Counted from the first letter of the stretch, positions 19,461 to 29,538 are shown. The stretch: 64,000 nt of DNA from Nitrosopumilus sp. (GCA_965249555.1 OZ252243.1:1408001-1472000); one strand, 5' to 3'. The notes: a model not told the origin generated them from the letters alone. A program made the numbers and translations.

Positions 19461-20186
19461 ATGAGTCAAGCAACACAATCCAAAGGCACACAAGGACAAT
19501 CAAGAGGTGGTCCACGAGGACGTGCACCTGTATATGGACGAGGTCCACCAGGAGGAAATAGCGATCGTCCAAGAAGACCAAGAAGAGAACCCGTAGAAGA
19601 GGTTTGGGTTCCAAAAACTATTTTGGGACAAAAAGTTGCATCCGGAGAAATTACTTCACTTGAAGAAATAATTGAATCCGGATTAAGAATTCAAGAAGCG
19701 GGAATTATCAAGAAACTACTTCCAGATTTGAAAAGTGAAGTTGTTGATGTGGGAATTATTCAAAAAATGACTTCAAATGGTCAATCTACCCGATTCAAAG
19801 CAATTGTTGCAGCTGGAAATGAAAATGGCTACTTGGGAATTGGTAGGGGAAAATCAAAACAGATGCGAATCGCTATTGAGAAAGCAACAAGTCAAGCTTT
19901 TCTTAATGTCAATCCAATCAAACTAGGATGTGGCAGTTGGGAATGCAGATGTGATCAAAAACATTCTATCCCATTCAAGGTTAAAGGAAAGGGTGGAAGT
20001 GTCACAATAGAAATTATTCCAGCACCTCGTGGATTAGGTCTAGTTGCTGGCGGTAAAATTAAACGATTATTGGAATTAGCAGGTCTTAAAGATGCATGGA
20101 CTACTGCAAAAGGCTCTACTCCTACAATGAGTTCAACTTCAAAAGCTGTATTGGATTGTCTTAGACAGACATTTAGTCAGGGTTGA
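19461..20186 (+). CDS. rps5: 30S ribosomal protein S5
   Basis: WVPKTILG, GCGSWEC and PAPRGLGLV. Confidence 0.96.
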   Translation: MSQATQSKGTQGQSRGGPRGRAPVYGRGPPGGNSDRPRRPRREPVEEVWVPKTILGQKVASGEITSLEEIIESGLRIQEAGIIKKLLPDLKSEVVDVGIIQKMTSNGQSTRFKAIVAAGNENGYLGIGRGKSKQMRIAIEKATSQAFLNVNPIKLGCGSWECRCDQKHSIPFKVKGKGGSVTIEIIPAPRGLGLVAGGKIKRLLELAGLKDAWTTAKGSTPTMSSTSKAVLDCLRQTFSQG

Positions 20187-20191
20187 TAAAA

Positions 20192-20659
20192 ATGGTAAAA
20201 GCATATCTTGTTGTTAGAATTAAAGGTCAAGCTGATTGTCCATATTGGGCAACAACCACTATGACTTTGTTAAAATTAGACAAAAAATATCGTGCAACAA
20301 TCTTACCTGCTAAAGATAATACTTTGGGAATGTTAAGAAAAGTACAGCACTACGTATCTTGGGTTGAACTTGACACAGATTTGGCAAAAGAATTGATTGA
20401 AAAGAAAGCAAGAAAATCTGGTTATAAGAAAATAAACGCTGAAGATCTAAAAGAACTTGGTTTTGCAAGTTCTGATGAGTTGGCAACAGCTTTGGCTGAT
20501 GGCAAAGCTACTTTATCTAAATTAAAACCTCTAAAACCTTGGTTTGCTTTAGCACCTCCAAGACATGGATTCAAGAGAAGCACTAAGAAACTATATGGTC
20601 AAAAAGGTGTCCTTGGACAAAATAAAGAACTTGGTAATATGGTAAGGAATATGATATAG
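20192..20659 (+). CDS. rpl30: 50S ribosomal protein L30
   Basis: LVVRIKG, GMLRKVQHYVSW and LAPPRHGF. Confidence 0.94.
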   Translation: MVKAYLVVRIKGQADCPYWATTTMTLLKLDKKYRATILPAKDNTLGMLRKVQHYVSWVELDTDLAKELIEKKARKSGYKKINAEDLKELGFASSDELATALADGKATLSKLKPLKPWFALAPPRHGFKRSTKKLYGQKGVLGQNKELGNMVRNMI

Positions 20660-20660
20660 T

Positions 20661-21086
20661 ATGGCAACAAGATTACGAAAAACTAGAAGACTTAGAGGAG
20701 GACGACATATGGGTTGGGGACAAGTAGGTCAACATCGCGCAAGTGGTCATAAGGGTGGTCTTGGAAATACCGGTATGATGAAACATCATTACAGTTCTAT
20801 GCTAAAATTTGACCCAGATCATTATGGTCATGATTCAACTAAACCACCTCACCCAAATATTACAAAGAAATGGGCTAGCGTCCGAGATCTTGATGACTTG
20901 TTCTCCAAGTTCGGTAAAGAAGAAGGAGGAAAGAAAATCGTAGACCTTGAAAATGCAGGATATGAAAAACTCCTTGGCGGCGGAAAACTAACTAACGCTT
21001 ATTCCGTCAAAGTAAAACAATTTACAGCATCTGCAGAAGAGAAATTAAAAGCAGTAGGGGGAGAGGTGTTATCTGATAATGGCTGA
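20661..21086 (+). CDS. rpl15: 50S ribosomal protein L15
   Basis: RGGRHMGWG...HRASGHKGGLG and KLLGGG. Confidence 0.95.
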   Translation: MATRLRKTRRLRGGRHMGWGQVGQHRASGHKGGLGNTGMMKHHYSSMLKFDPDHYGHDSTKPPHPNITKKWASVRDLDDLFSKFGKEEGGKKIVDLENAGYEKLLGGGKLTNAYSVKVKQFTASAEEKLKAVGGEVLSDNG

Positions 21087-22509
21087 AGGTAGTATTACTG
21101 CAATTATCAGAAAAGTCGTTTTTAAAGTAGAACCTTATCTTCCTCAAGTACCAAAACCAAAAAAGAAGATTACTCTTCAAAAACGATTGTTATGGTGTGG
21201 CGTTATATTATTAATTTACATGGTAATGGGCCAAACACCATTATTTGGAGCCACAGCACCACAGTTTGATTTTCTAGCATTTGCTAGAGTTATTTTTGCA
21301 TCACAACAAGGTACCCTAGTTGAATTAGGAATAGGACCGATAGTTACAGCTGGTCTCTTGATGCAATTATTGAGAGGTTCTGACATTCTCAAATTTGATT
21401 TCAAAAAACCTGAAGAAAGAGGAATATTTCAAACAGCTACTAAAATAGTCACATACATTGTCATTGTAGTCGAATCTATTGTATATGCTATAGCAGTTTA
21501 TGGTCCTGGGGTTACTGAACCATACTTTTTGTATGTAATGATTGGCCAGCTGATGGGCGCGTCGATAATTATTATGTTCTTAGATGAAACAATCCAAAAA
21601 GGTTGGGGTCTTGGTAGTGGAATCAGTTTATTCATTATGGCAGGTGTTGCTCAACAGATTCTTTGGAGCATGTTTAGCCCGTTACCTGCAGGTGATGGTG
21701 GAATGATTGGCATCATACCGTACATAGGCCAATCTATAATGAATGGCGATGTTTCAAATATTTTATTCCGTGCAAATCAACTGCCGAGTATCTTTGGGCT
21801 GTGTCTAACTGGAGGAATATTGTTAATACTTGTATTTACACAGGGAATGAAAATTGAGATTCCAATTGTCTCTACAAAATACAGGGGTTTCTCTGCTGTA
21901 TACCCAATTAAATTGATGTATGTATCTAACATTCCTGTAATCTTAGCATCTGCTCTAACTGCAAATGCTGTTTTCATCTTCCAAATGTTATGGTCAAACA
22001 TGAACCCGCGTAACAATAATTTCTTTATGAATTTTATAGCGCAATTTGATCCAACAAATCCTAATACCCCAATAGGTGGTATCATCTATTACATCACTCC
22101 TCCACGGGGTTTAGATGTTGCAATTTTAGATCCTATGCGTGCAGTAGGCTATGTTCTGTTTATGATTGGAATTGTAGTTGTATTTGGTAAGTTATGGGTA
22201 GAACTTGGCGGTTTATCACCAAAGAGTGCAGCTCAGAATTTACTTGATGCAGATGTTCAAATTCCTGGATTTAGAAGATCAAACAAACCAGTTGAAGCAT
22301 TACTGAACAAGTACATTCCATCAGTTACCATCATTGGCTCTATGATTTTGGGTCTATTAGCAGGTGTATCTGATGTTCTTGGTGTATTTGGTTCTGGAAT
22401 TGGAATTTTACTTATGGTAGATATTCTCATCAACTATTATACACAGTTAGTGAGAGAACAAGTCGAAGTCGTTATGCCGCGTTTGGGTGCTTTGCTTGGA
22501 AGAAAATAA
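21079..22509 (+). CDS. secY: Preprotein translocase SecY/Sec61-alpha
   Basis: ELGIGPIVTAG, GLGSGISLFI, YVSNIP and IPGFR. Confidence 0.97.
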   Translation: MAEGSITAIIRKVVFKVEPYLPQVPKPKKKITLQKRLLWCGVILLIYMVMGQTPLFGATAPQFDFLAFARVIFASQQGTLVELGIGPIVTAGLLMQLLRGSDILKFDFKKPEERGIFQTATKIVTYIVIVVESIVYAIAVYGPGVTEPYFLYVMIGQLMGASIIIMFLDETIQKGWGLGSGISLFIMAGVAQQILWSMFSPLPAGDGGMIGIIPYIGQSIMNGDVSNILFRANQLPSIFGLCLTGGILLILVFTQGMKIEIPIVSTKYRGFSAVYPIKLMYVSNIPVILASALTANAVFIFQMLWSNMNPRNNNFFMNFIAQFDPTNPNTPIGGIIYYITPPRGLDVAILDPMRAVGYVLFMIGIVVVFGKLWVELGGLSPKSAAQNLLDADVQIPGFRRSNKPVEALLNKYIPSVTIIGSMILGLLAGVSDVLGVFGSGIGILLMVDILINYYTQLVREQVEVVMPRLGALLGRK

Positions 22510-23074
22510 GAAAATTATAATGACTGGGATACCAGGTGTTGGAAAAACAACTCTGTTATCCAAAATTGTTGAAATCATACAAAGTCATGGTAAAAGTGTC
22601 AATGTAGTGAGTTTTGGAACTATGATGTTTGAAATCGCCAAGGAAAATGGTTTGAAAGATAGAGATGGGCTCAGAAAATTACCCGTAACAGAGCAACAAA
22701 ATCTCCAAAAAATTGTTGCAGAAAAAATTGCTGCACTACATGATCAAATTGTGATCATTGACACTCACGCATTTATTAATTCTCCAGAAGGATACTATCC
22801 TGGATTACCTGAACATGTTTTAAAAATTATCAAACCAACAAACTTTGTTTCTGTTTCTGCAAAATCTGAAGAAATCTACAATAGACGAATGAAAGATGAT
22901 ACCCGAAATAGAGATAAAATTACTCTAATTAACATTAAAAAAGAATTAGAATATCAATCAGGTATGATTTCTGCATGTGTAGTGATTACCGGTTCCCCAG
23001 TAAGACATATTCTTAATGATGAGGGAAAGGTTGATGAAGCAGTAGATAAAATAATTAGTTCAATAGGGCTGTAA
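22496..23074 (+). CDS. adkA: Adenylate kinase (archaeal type)
   Basis: GIPGVGKTT, IDTH and GYYPGLP; follows secY. Start approximate. Confidence 0.93.
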   Translation: MEENKKIIMTGIPGVGKTTLLSKIVEIIQSHGKSVNVVSFGTMMFEIAKENGLKDRDGLRKLPVTEQQNLQKIVAEKIAALHDQIVIIDTHAFINSPEGYYPGLPEHVLKIIKPTNFVSVSAKSEEIYNRRMKDDTRNRDKITLINIKKELEYQSGMISACVVITGSPVRHILNDEGKVDEAVDKIISSIGL

Positions 23075-23077
23075 AAA

Positions 23078-23683
23078 ATGGATTTTAACTTTATACTACT
23101 TTTCCTTCATGATTCTCTTACAGAAGGTAGGCATGCTCTAGGAAGCGATGATCCAATAATTCAAGGACTGATTCTTTCAATGTTTTGCGTAACTGGATTT
23201 GGCATTGTTCTCAATTTGTTTAATGCTGGAGTTAGAAAGAAGATGGTTGATCAAGTAAAACTAAAACGCATTATGAAAGAGACTCGTGCATGGCAAAAAG
23301 AAAGAATGAGGGCCATGAGATCTAAAGATTTAGAAAAAACAGCTGAACTAAACAAAAAATCATCATACATGAACAAAATGTCAATGGAAATGATGCAGAT
23401 GAATATGAGACCTATGATGATTACCTTTATACCTTTGATCTTGATATTTTATCTTGTACTGCCACAATTGTTCTCATACACTGTAGCTATATCACCAATT
23501 CCACTAAATGTAATTCCGGGAGATTTCTTCACATTAACATGCACTGCCATGCAAGCAGCAGATCCAGATCATATTTGTTTTGGCAAAGAAAATTCAATAT
23601 ATCTTTGGGCATGGTATTTTCTTTCCTCTATTGCTTTTAGTGGTATGATTATGAAACTAACAAAAACAACAATGGGCACTTGA
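23078..23683 (+). CDS. DUF106/EMC3/TMCO1 (Oxa1 superfamily) membrane insertase
   Basis: Met-rich coiled coil, RPMMITFIP and WYFLSS; conserved position after adk. Confidence 0.88.
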   Translation: MDFNFILLFLHDSLTEGRHALGSDDPIIQGLILSMFCVTGFGIVLNLFNAGVRKKMVDQVKLKRIMKETRAWQKERMRAMRSKDLEKTAELNKKSSYMNKMSMEMMQMNMRPMMITFIPLILIFYLVLPQLFSYTVAISPIPLNVIPGDFFTLTCTAMQAADPDHICFGKENSIYLWAWYFLSSIAFSGMIMKLTKTTMGT

Positions 23684-24240
23684 CAAAATCCATTGTTATT
23701 TCTGGTCCCCCTGCAGTGGGAAAAACAACTGTTGCTAAAGGATTAGCAGAAGAATTTCAATTACAATATCTTAGCGGTGGTGATGTCCTAAAAGAAATGG
23801 CAAAAGAACAAGGTTTTGATTCTGATGGTGATGATTGGTGGGATACTGATGATGGAATGAAATTTCTCAACCAACGTGAACAAAATTTTGAATTTGACAA
23901 AAAATTGGATGATAAATTAATTGCACTCTTCAATCAAGGTGGAATGGTAATCACTAGTTACACATTACCTTGGCTAATCAAAGATGGCATCAAAATTTGG
24001 TTAGAGGGTTCTCATACAAGTAGTACTGAAAGGATGCAATCAAGAGATAACATGAGTTCTAAAGATGCTTATGAAATTACAAAAGAACGATTTGACAAGA
24101 ATAAAGCATTGTACAAAAAATTATACAATTTTGATTTTGGCGATGATACGTCTGTATTTGATTTAATAATTAATACAGATAATCTTACAGCCCAACAAGT
24201 AATAGATGTTACAAAAGAAACTGTGAGAAAATTACTATGA
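23680..24240 (+). CDS. cmk: Cytidylate kinase (archaeal type)
   Basis: ISGPPAVGKTT and FDLIINT. Confidence 0.9.
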   Translation: MTKSIVISGPPAVGKTTVAKGLAEEFQLQYLSGGDVLKEMAKEQGFDSDGDDWWDTDDGMKFLNQREQNFEFDKKLDDKLIALFNQGGMVITSYTLPWLIKDGIKIWLEGSHTSSTERMQSRDNMSSKDAYEITKERFDKNKALYKKLYNFDFGDDTSVFDLIINTDNLTAQQVIDVTKETVRKLL

Positions 24241-25238
24241 CCCTCAAACAACTTGAAAATCTTATTGAAATTGATCAGGATATTACAGATAATGCTTATG
24301 GAACATATTATGATAAAAGAACAATTGAGCAATTACTAAATTATGGGCTCATTATATTGGACAAACCACCTGGTCCTACAAGTCATGAAACTGTAGCTTG
24401 GACCAAACGCATTTTGAAACTTCCAAAGATTGGTCACAGTGGAACCCTTGATCCTCAAGTTTCAGGAGTTTTACCATTGGGGCTTGGGGAAGCTACAAAA
24501 GCATTAGGAGTTTTACTTTATGGTCCAAAAGAATATCATGCATTAGGACGAGTTCATTCTCTACCCTCTAAAGAAAAACTTGAAGAAATAATTGATTTGT
24601 TTCGAGGAGAAATTTATCAAAAACCTCCTCAACGTTCAGCCGTTGTAAGACAAACAAGAACTAGAACTATCCATGAATTTGAAGTGTTAGAACAAAAAGA
24701 ACGATTACTCTTAACTAGAATTTTATGTGAATCTGGAACCTATATCCGAAAATTGTACTATGATTTAGGAGAAATTCTTGGACCTGGTGCTACAATGATT
24801 GAGCTTAGACGAACCAGAGTGGATCAATTTTATGAAACTGATGGTTTAGTGACTCTTCATGAACTTGCAGATGCATTTGCAGTTTGGGAGGAGAAAAAAG
24901 ATGATACTAAATTAATGAAGATGATCAAGCCTGTTGAATATGCATTTAGTGAGTTAAAGTCAGTAGTAATTCGTGATTCTGCAGTAGATGCCATGTGTCA
25001 TGGCGCACAACTTGCAATACCTGGTATTTTGGAAATTTCTCCAAATCTAAAGAAAGGAGATATTGTTGGAATTTATACACAAAAAGGAGAGGCTGTTGCT
25101 TTAGCAGAGTCATCTATGTCTGAAGAAGAAATTCGTGATGCTACTAAGGGATATGCATTTGAAACAAGAAGAATCATTATGGCTCCAAACACTTATCCAA
25201 AAAAATGGAGAACAAAACCAACCCCTCCAAAGGATTAA
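24237..25238 (+). CDS. cbf5: H/ACA RNA-guided pseudouridine synthase Cbf5
   Basis: DKPPGPTSH, GHSGTLDP, CESGTYIR and PUA domain. Confidence 0.96.
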   Translation: MTLKQLENLIEIDQDITDNAYGTYYDKRTIEQLLNYGLIILDKPPGPTSHETVAWTKRILKLPKIGHSGTLDPQVSGVLPLGLGEATKALGVLLYGPKEYHALGRVHSLPSKEKLEEIIDLFRGEIYQKPPQRSAVVRQTRTRTIHEFEVLEQKERLLLTRILCESGTYIRKLYYDLGEILGPGATMIELRRTRVDQFYETDGLVTLHELADAFAVWEEKKDDTKLMKMIKPVEYAFSELKSVVIRDSAVDAMCHGAQLAIPGILEISPNLKKGDIVGIYTQKGEAVALAESSMSEEEIRDATKGYAFETRRIIMAPNTYPKKWRTKPTPPKD

Positions 25239-25711
25239 AAAATCAAGAAATTATTTTAAAAGAATTGTTAGCAAAAAGCCTCGTGCTCTTTATTGGTGTT
25301 GGTTTGATTTCTGGATTTGCATTTGGTGTTTATTTGCTTGATGTAAAAAATACTAGTCAATTAATTTTTGTTGAAGGACCATCAATTTCTGTAGTTACAG
25401 AAAAAATTGATTTTAAAGTAGGCGAAGAGATAAAAATTCGAATTGTAAATTCCGGAACTATTCCAATGATCTTCTCTGATACATCATATGGTCTTAGAAT
25501 TACTACCTTAGCTGGAGGATTGTTGTATTTGCCAGTTTCTGCACAAATGATCTCTACTCTGGAACCTAGTGATGAAATTGAATTTTCATGGGATCAAATA
25601 AAAAATGATGGCGATGCAGTTTTGGAGGGTATTTACAAGATATCTGCAAAGGCAGTAGATAATCAAGGAAATCAAGTAGAGAAATCTACTACTGTTACAA
25701 TTTGGAAATAG
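25205..25711 (+). CDS. Membrane-anchored hypothetical protein with beta-rich extracellular domain
   Basis: One N-terminal TM helix, FSWDQ...GIYKI; true start possibly TTG near 25265. Confidence 0.7.
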   Translation: MENKTNPSKGLKNQEIILKELLAKSLVLFIGVGLISGFAFGVYLLDVKNTSQLIFVEGPSISVVTEKIDFKVGEEIKIRIVNSGTIPMIFSDTSYGLRITTLAGGLLYLPVSAQMISTLEPSDEIEFSWDQIKNDGDAVLEGIYKISAKAVDNQGNQVEKSTTVTIWK

Positions 25712-25778
25712 TTTTTCAATTTCTAAATAACACAATATATAATCAAATCTTCCCAAATAATTTTGTCGTAAGACTTGT

Positions 25779-25879
25779 GCCGGGGTCGCCTAGCCTGGTA
25801 GGGCGCGCGCCTGGAAATAATTAACCATAAAGCGCGTTCTCGCAAGGGAACGGGAGTTCAAATCTCCCTCCCGGCGCCA
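25779..25879 (+). tRNA. tRNA-Ser(GGA) with 14-nt intron at canonical 37/38 position
   Basis: GCCGGGG/CCCGGC acceptor stem, encoded CCA, anticodon arm CGCGC-CT-GGA-A[ATAATTAACCATAA]A-GCGCG, long variable arm, GTTCAAATC T-loop. Confidence 0.93.
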
Positions 25880-26422
25880 TAATTTTCTATTAATTTTTCA
25901 AATGTGGTGATTTAGAACCTCATTTTGTAGACTGGAATTAATTATAGAGCTTTCATATGTTTGTATAAAGCATAAATTATAATCATAAAACATGCTGTCC
26001 AACCTGAATTAATTGGATGATTGTGAGTAAACTCTTCAATTGCTTCTAAATAAAAGACAGAATCTGATATGGTCCACAACAATATATTGCTCTTTTATAC
26101 CAAAAACTATCTGATTTCTCTTCTCTTTTAACCCACATTGCTTTATCCACAAATTTTAATGTCTTTTCAAATTTTTTTATTCTCTCTGATTTAGTATTTT
26201 TTTATTGAAAAAAAAGGAAATATCTTTCATATCTGGTTTTATACTCAACTTGATTATATTTTTTTAAAAATTATGCTACTTTTCTGAGTTCAATAGAAAT
26301 ATTAACACTTTAGGAAATTATCTATTTCACATAAAATGATATATATGAAATTAATAATTTATAATTTTTTTACTTGTTTTATGATAAGTCTTAAATTTAT
26401 GTTAACACATACAGATCATACT

Positions 26423-27271
26423 ATGACATTACAACCTAGAGCTCATGAATTTGTTCAAAGAAGTGATCTACGGGGATTTAGAGCGCTGATTTTTGATTGG
26501 GGAGTAATTTTTGGAACAATTGCCTTTAGCGTTTGGATGAATGATTGGATTGTTTATCTAATTTCAGTATGGATAATTGGTGCATATCAGTATGCAATTG
26601 GTGAAGCATTGTTCCATGAGGCATCTCATTATAATTTATTTAAAACAAAAAAACTCAATGATTATCTAGAATGGGTTTATGCTGTACCATTTTTTGTAGA
26701 TATGTTTCAATATAGGAAGGAACACTTAGATCATCATTATAAAATAAATACAGAAGTAGATCATATTGTTAGAGATTATGAATATCAAGGACTTAACAAT
26801 CCTAACACGAATGTTTTTTGGATATGGTTCATAAAACCATTTACTGGATATGCTGGATTTTTTTATCTTAGATTTTCAATTAAATTGAATCCTCTAAAAA
26901 GCGCCATCAAGTTTGCAATATTTTGGTTACCTGTAATCTCTATTTTCTGGTATTTTGATGCATTACGTCTATTGGCATTGTATTGGTTTGTTCCATTCTT
27001 GACATCTTATTCAGTTTTCTTTTATTGGGCAGAAATAGCTGAGCATTATAACACAAAGTCAGGCTCTAGATCTGATCTTGGATTTTTGAAAAATCTATTT
27101 CATCATAATGGTGGATATCACTACATTCATCACATGTATCCAACAATTCCTTGGTACAATTTATCAAAAGCTCATGATGCATTATGTTCAAAAGATAGCG
27201 ATATATCCCGGGGATTTATTGATACATATCGTCAAATGAAGAAGAACGCACAGACTAATACCATACAATAA
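26423..27271 (+). CDS. Membrane fatty-acid-desaturase-superfamily di-iron enzyme
   Basis: Three His boxes HEASH, HLDHH and HYIHH with TM segments. Start chosen from a TATA-like element near 26390 (track start 26336). Confidence 0.88.
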   Translation: MTLQPRAHEFVQRSDLRGFRALIFDWGVIFGTIAFSVWMNDWIVYLISVWIIGAYQYAIGEALFHEASHYNLFKTKKLNDYLEWVYAVPFFVDMFQYRKEHLDHHYKINTEVDHIVRDYEYQGLNNPNTNVFWIWFIKPFTGYAGFFYLRFSIKLNPLKSAIKFAIFWLPVISIFWYFDALRLLALYWFVPFLTSYSVFFYWAEIAEHYNTKSGSRSDLGFLKNLFHHNGGYHYIHHMYPTIPWYNLSKAHDALCSKDSDISRGFIDTYRQMKKNAQTNTIQ

Positions 27272-27301
27272 ATTAAATTCTAATAGAGCGTTAATTTTAC
27301 A

Positions 27302-28597
27302 TTGGAAAAATTTGATATTGCCATTATTGGTGCAGGAATTTTAGGAACAACGATTTCATATTGGTTATCAACACTTTATGATCTTAATGTATGTGTAATT
27401 GAAAAAGAAAATGATGTAGCAAAGCACACTAGTAGCAGAAATACAGGTGTAGTTCATTCTCCCTTTTACCTAGATCCTAAAAAAAGAAAAATATCTGCAG
27501 TTTCATCTCTAATCTCTCATGATTTATGGGAAATTTTTGCAAAGAAAAAATCTCTACCCTGGTTTGAGGTTGGAACAATTGAAGTGGCTTCAGATGAAGA
27601 ACAACATAAAACTTTAGAGAAATACGTAAAGTGGTCTATTCAAAATGGAATTCCTGAAAAACAGGTTGAATTACTTGATTCAAAAGGTCTTTTAAAAAGA
27701 GAGCCAAACCTACATGCTTATTCTGGCCTTTATTGTTCAAGGGATGTTTCCACAGACTATGGAATTTTTACCAAAGAGTTACAAAAAGAATCTGAAAAAA
27801 ATGGGACAAAATTTTTGTTTAGCAAAGAAGTTACAGACACTAATGATGACTCCGAGATACAACTTACCTTCTCTGATGGTTCTACTTTAACTGCAAAATT
27901 TCTGATAAATTGCTCTGGTGGCAACTCGCTAGATATTGCTAAAAAATGTAATTTAGCAAAAGAATACGATGATCTTCATTTTCGAGGAGAGTATTGGATA
28001 TGTGATCAATCGTATGCCGATTTAGTTAAAACGAATATTTACACTGTAGCACGATTTTCTGAATTTCCATTTTTAGATCCTCATTGGGTTAAAAGATCTA
28101 ATGGGACAACTGAGATTGGACCAAATGCTGTACCTGTAGCAACTCCTGAAACTTATGAAGGATATGCAGGTGAATTAAATGCAACAGTTTCTAAAATCCG
28201 TGAAATATTTGGTGGAAATGTGAAGCATCTTCTTACAAATAGTAGTTTTCTATCTATGCTTTCTAAAGAATTCCTTAGTTCTGTCTCAAAAACTGCAATG
28301 GTTCACCGAGTACAACAATTCATTCCAAAAGTCAAACCTGAATATTTCACCAAGCATGGTACAGCTGGAATACGAACACCTGTTATTTCTGCCAAGGGTG
28401 AATTTGTTAAAGATATTTTGGAGATTGTTGGCAAAAATTCATTTCATATTGTAAATTATAATTCTCCTGGGGCTACTGGTGCTCCAGCATATTCTGCATT
28501 TATTATAAAAAAATTACAAGATACAGGATTCTTAGACTATTCTCAAAAACCAAAAGAATCTTTTTGGAATTTTGAAGAAATTACTTGCCTTTTCTAA
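27302..28597 (+). CDS. FAD-dependent oxidoreductase (L-2-hydroxyglutarate oxidase LhgO-like)
   Basis: GAGILG, HTSSRNTGVVH, FRGEY, AGIR and SPGAT. Confidence 0.85.
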   Translation: MEKFDIAIIGAGILGTTISYWLSTLYDLNVCVIEKENDVAKHTSSRNTGVVHSPFYLDPKKRKISAVSSLISHDLWEIFAKKKSLPWFEVGTIEVASDEEQHKTLEKYVKWSIQNGIPEKQVELLDSKGLLKREPNLHAYSGLYCSRDVSTDYGIFTKELQKESEKNGTKFLFSKEVTDTNDDSEIQLTFSDGSTLTAKFLINCSGGNSLDIAKKCNLAKEYDDLHFRGEYWICDQSYADLVKTNIYTVARFSEFPFLDPHWVKRSNGTTEIGPNAVPVATPETYEGYAGELNATVSKIREIFGGNVKHLLTNSSFLSMLSKEFLSSVSKTAMVHRVQQFIPKVKPEYFTKHGTAGIRTPVISAKGEFVKDILEIVGKNSFHIVNYNSPGATGAPAYSAFIIKKLQDTGFLDYSQKPKESFWNFEEITCLF

Positions 28598-28657
28598 TTT
28601 TCCAACCTGAATTTTTTCTAATTAAGATTAATATTCCATAACAATCAAAATTTGATT

Positions 28658-28927
28658 ATGCTTCCTGACAGGTGTTCAGTAAAAGAAGGTGGAAAACAAT
28701 GTGTTAATCCTCCTGAATTTATTGTATCAATTATTTCTGGTAAAGATGAATATATGGTTGGAGTAGCTTGTACAAAACATAAACAAATTGTATCTGGCAA
28801 AATTGGAATTCTCCAAAATGAAGGAAAAGTTCATGATGGCAAAATTAGCTTTTCACCTGTAAAAACAGTTGGAACTGATTGTGTTCATGGCGATGCAGAT
28901 GATTTTGTCCAAATTGATATAAAGTAA
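28658..28927 (+). CDS. Hypothetical protein with Cys/His motifs
   Basis: MLPDRCSV...QCVNPP...ACTKH. Confidence 0.7.
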   Translation: MLPDRCSVKEGGKQCVNPPEFIVSIISGKDEYMVGVACTKHKQIVSGKIGILQNEGKVHDGKISFSPVKTVGTDCVHGDADDFVQIDIK

Positions 28928-28963
28928 TTCTAAATATTGATATAATTTTAATTTCAAGAACCA

Positions 28964-29341
28964 TTGTTGCTTTTAGAATTACTGTCTGATCTAGTCAAAA
29001 TTGATGATGTTTTACTTATCATAAAAAATAATGGTGCTGTAAGTGAGATTAGAAGTAATTCTCTTAGTATCAGAAAAAAAGAAAAGTGGATAACTATTGG
29101 TGATAATGATGGGCCCGCACACATGCATATTGATTCAGAATTGATAAAATCTGCAGAGTTTGTACAGGAAGAAAAGCCTGAGCGTACTAGTTTTAGTGTG
29201 AGATTCTTTAATAAAAATGGGGAGCGTATTTTAGCAGCATTTTTTACAAAAATGTATGATGGGTCTAAAACACTAATTTCTGAAAGAAAAAAAATATATG
29301 ACCAATTAAACCAAAAATATTCTTCTAAAATTCAGTTTTAA
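28964..29341 (+). CDS. ChuX/HutX-like heme-utilisation carrier family protein
   Basis: NNGAVSEI, HMHI and SFSVRFFNKNGE pattern. Confidence 0.65.
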   Translation: MLLLELLSDLVKIDDVLLIIKNNGAVSEIRSNSLSIRKKEKWITIGDNDGPAHMHIDSELIKSAEFVQEEKPERTSFSVRFFNKNGERILAAFFTKMYDGSKTLISERKKIYDQLNQKYSSKIQF

Positions 29342-29348
29342 AAAAAAA

Positions 29349-29369
29349 CCTTGTCTGAAAAAGACAAGG
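29349..29369 (-). terminator. Hairpin with T-tract on minus strand
   Basis: CCTTGTCT-gaaaa-AGACAAGG 8-bp stem flanked by A-runs (U-runs on minus), between converging ORFs. Confidence 0.6.
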
Positions 29370-29378
29370 AGAAAAAAA

Positions 29379-29468
29379 TTATTCTTCAGATTCTTTCTTC
29401 TTCTTCTCTTTTTCAGATTGTAATTTAGCTAATTCTAATTCTTCATTAGTATGTTTGAATTTTTTCAA
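29379..29468 (-). CDS. Candidate 29-aa charged microprotein
   Basis: TTG start, MKKFKHTNEELELAKLQSEKEKKKKESEE; TATA-like element upstream and terminator downstream. Confidence 0.4.
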   Translation of the reverse strand: MKKFKHTNEELELAKLQSEKEKKKKESEE

Positions 29469-29538
29469 TCTGATACTATTTTATAATTTAGATATAAAAA
29501 CTGCTGTGTTGTTTAGGATTGTAACTCATGCGTGAAAA

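Noticed and set aside
25860-27300. Integrated element with attL/attR at tRNA-Ser
   Set aside because: No duplicated tRNA 3' end and no integrase found; kept only as an accessory islet.
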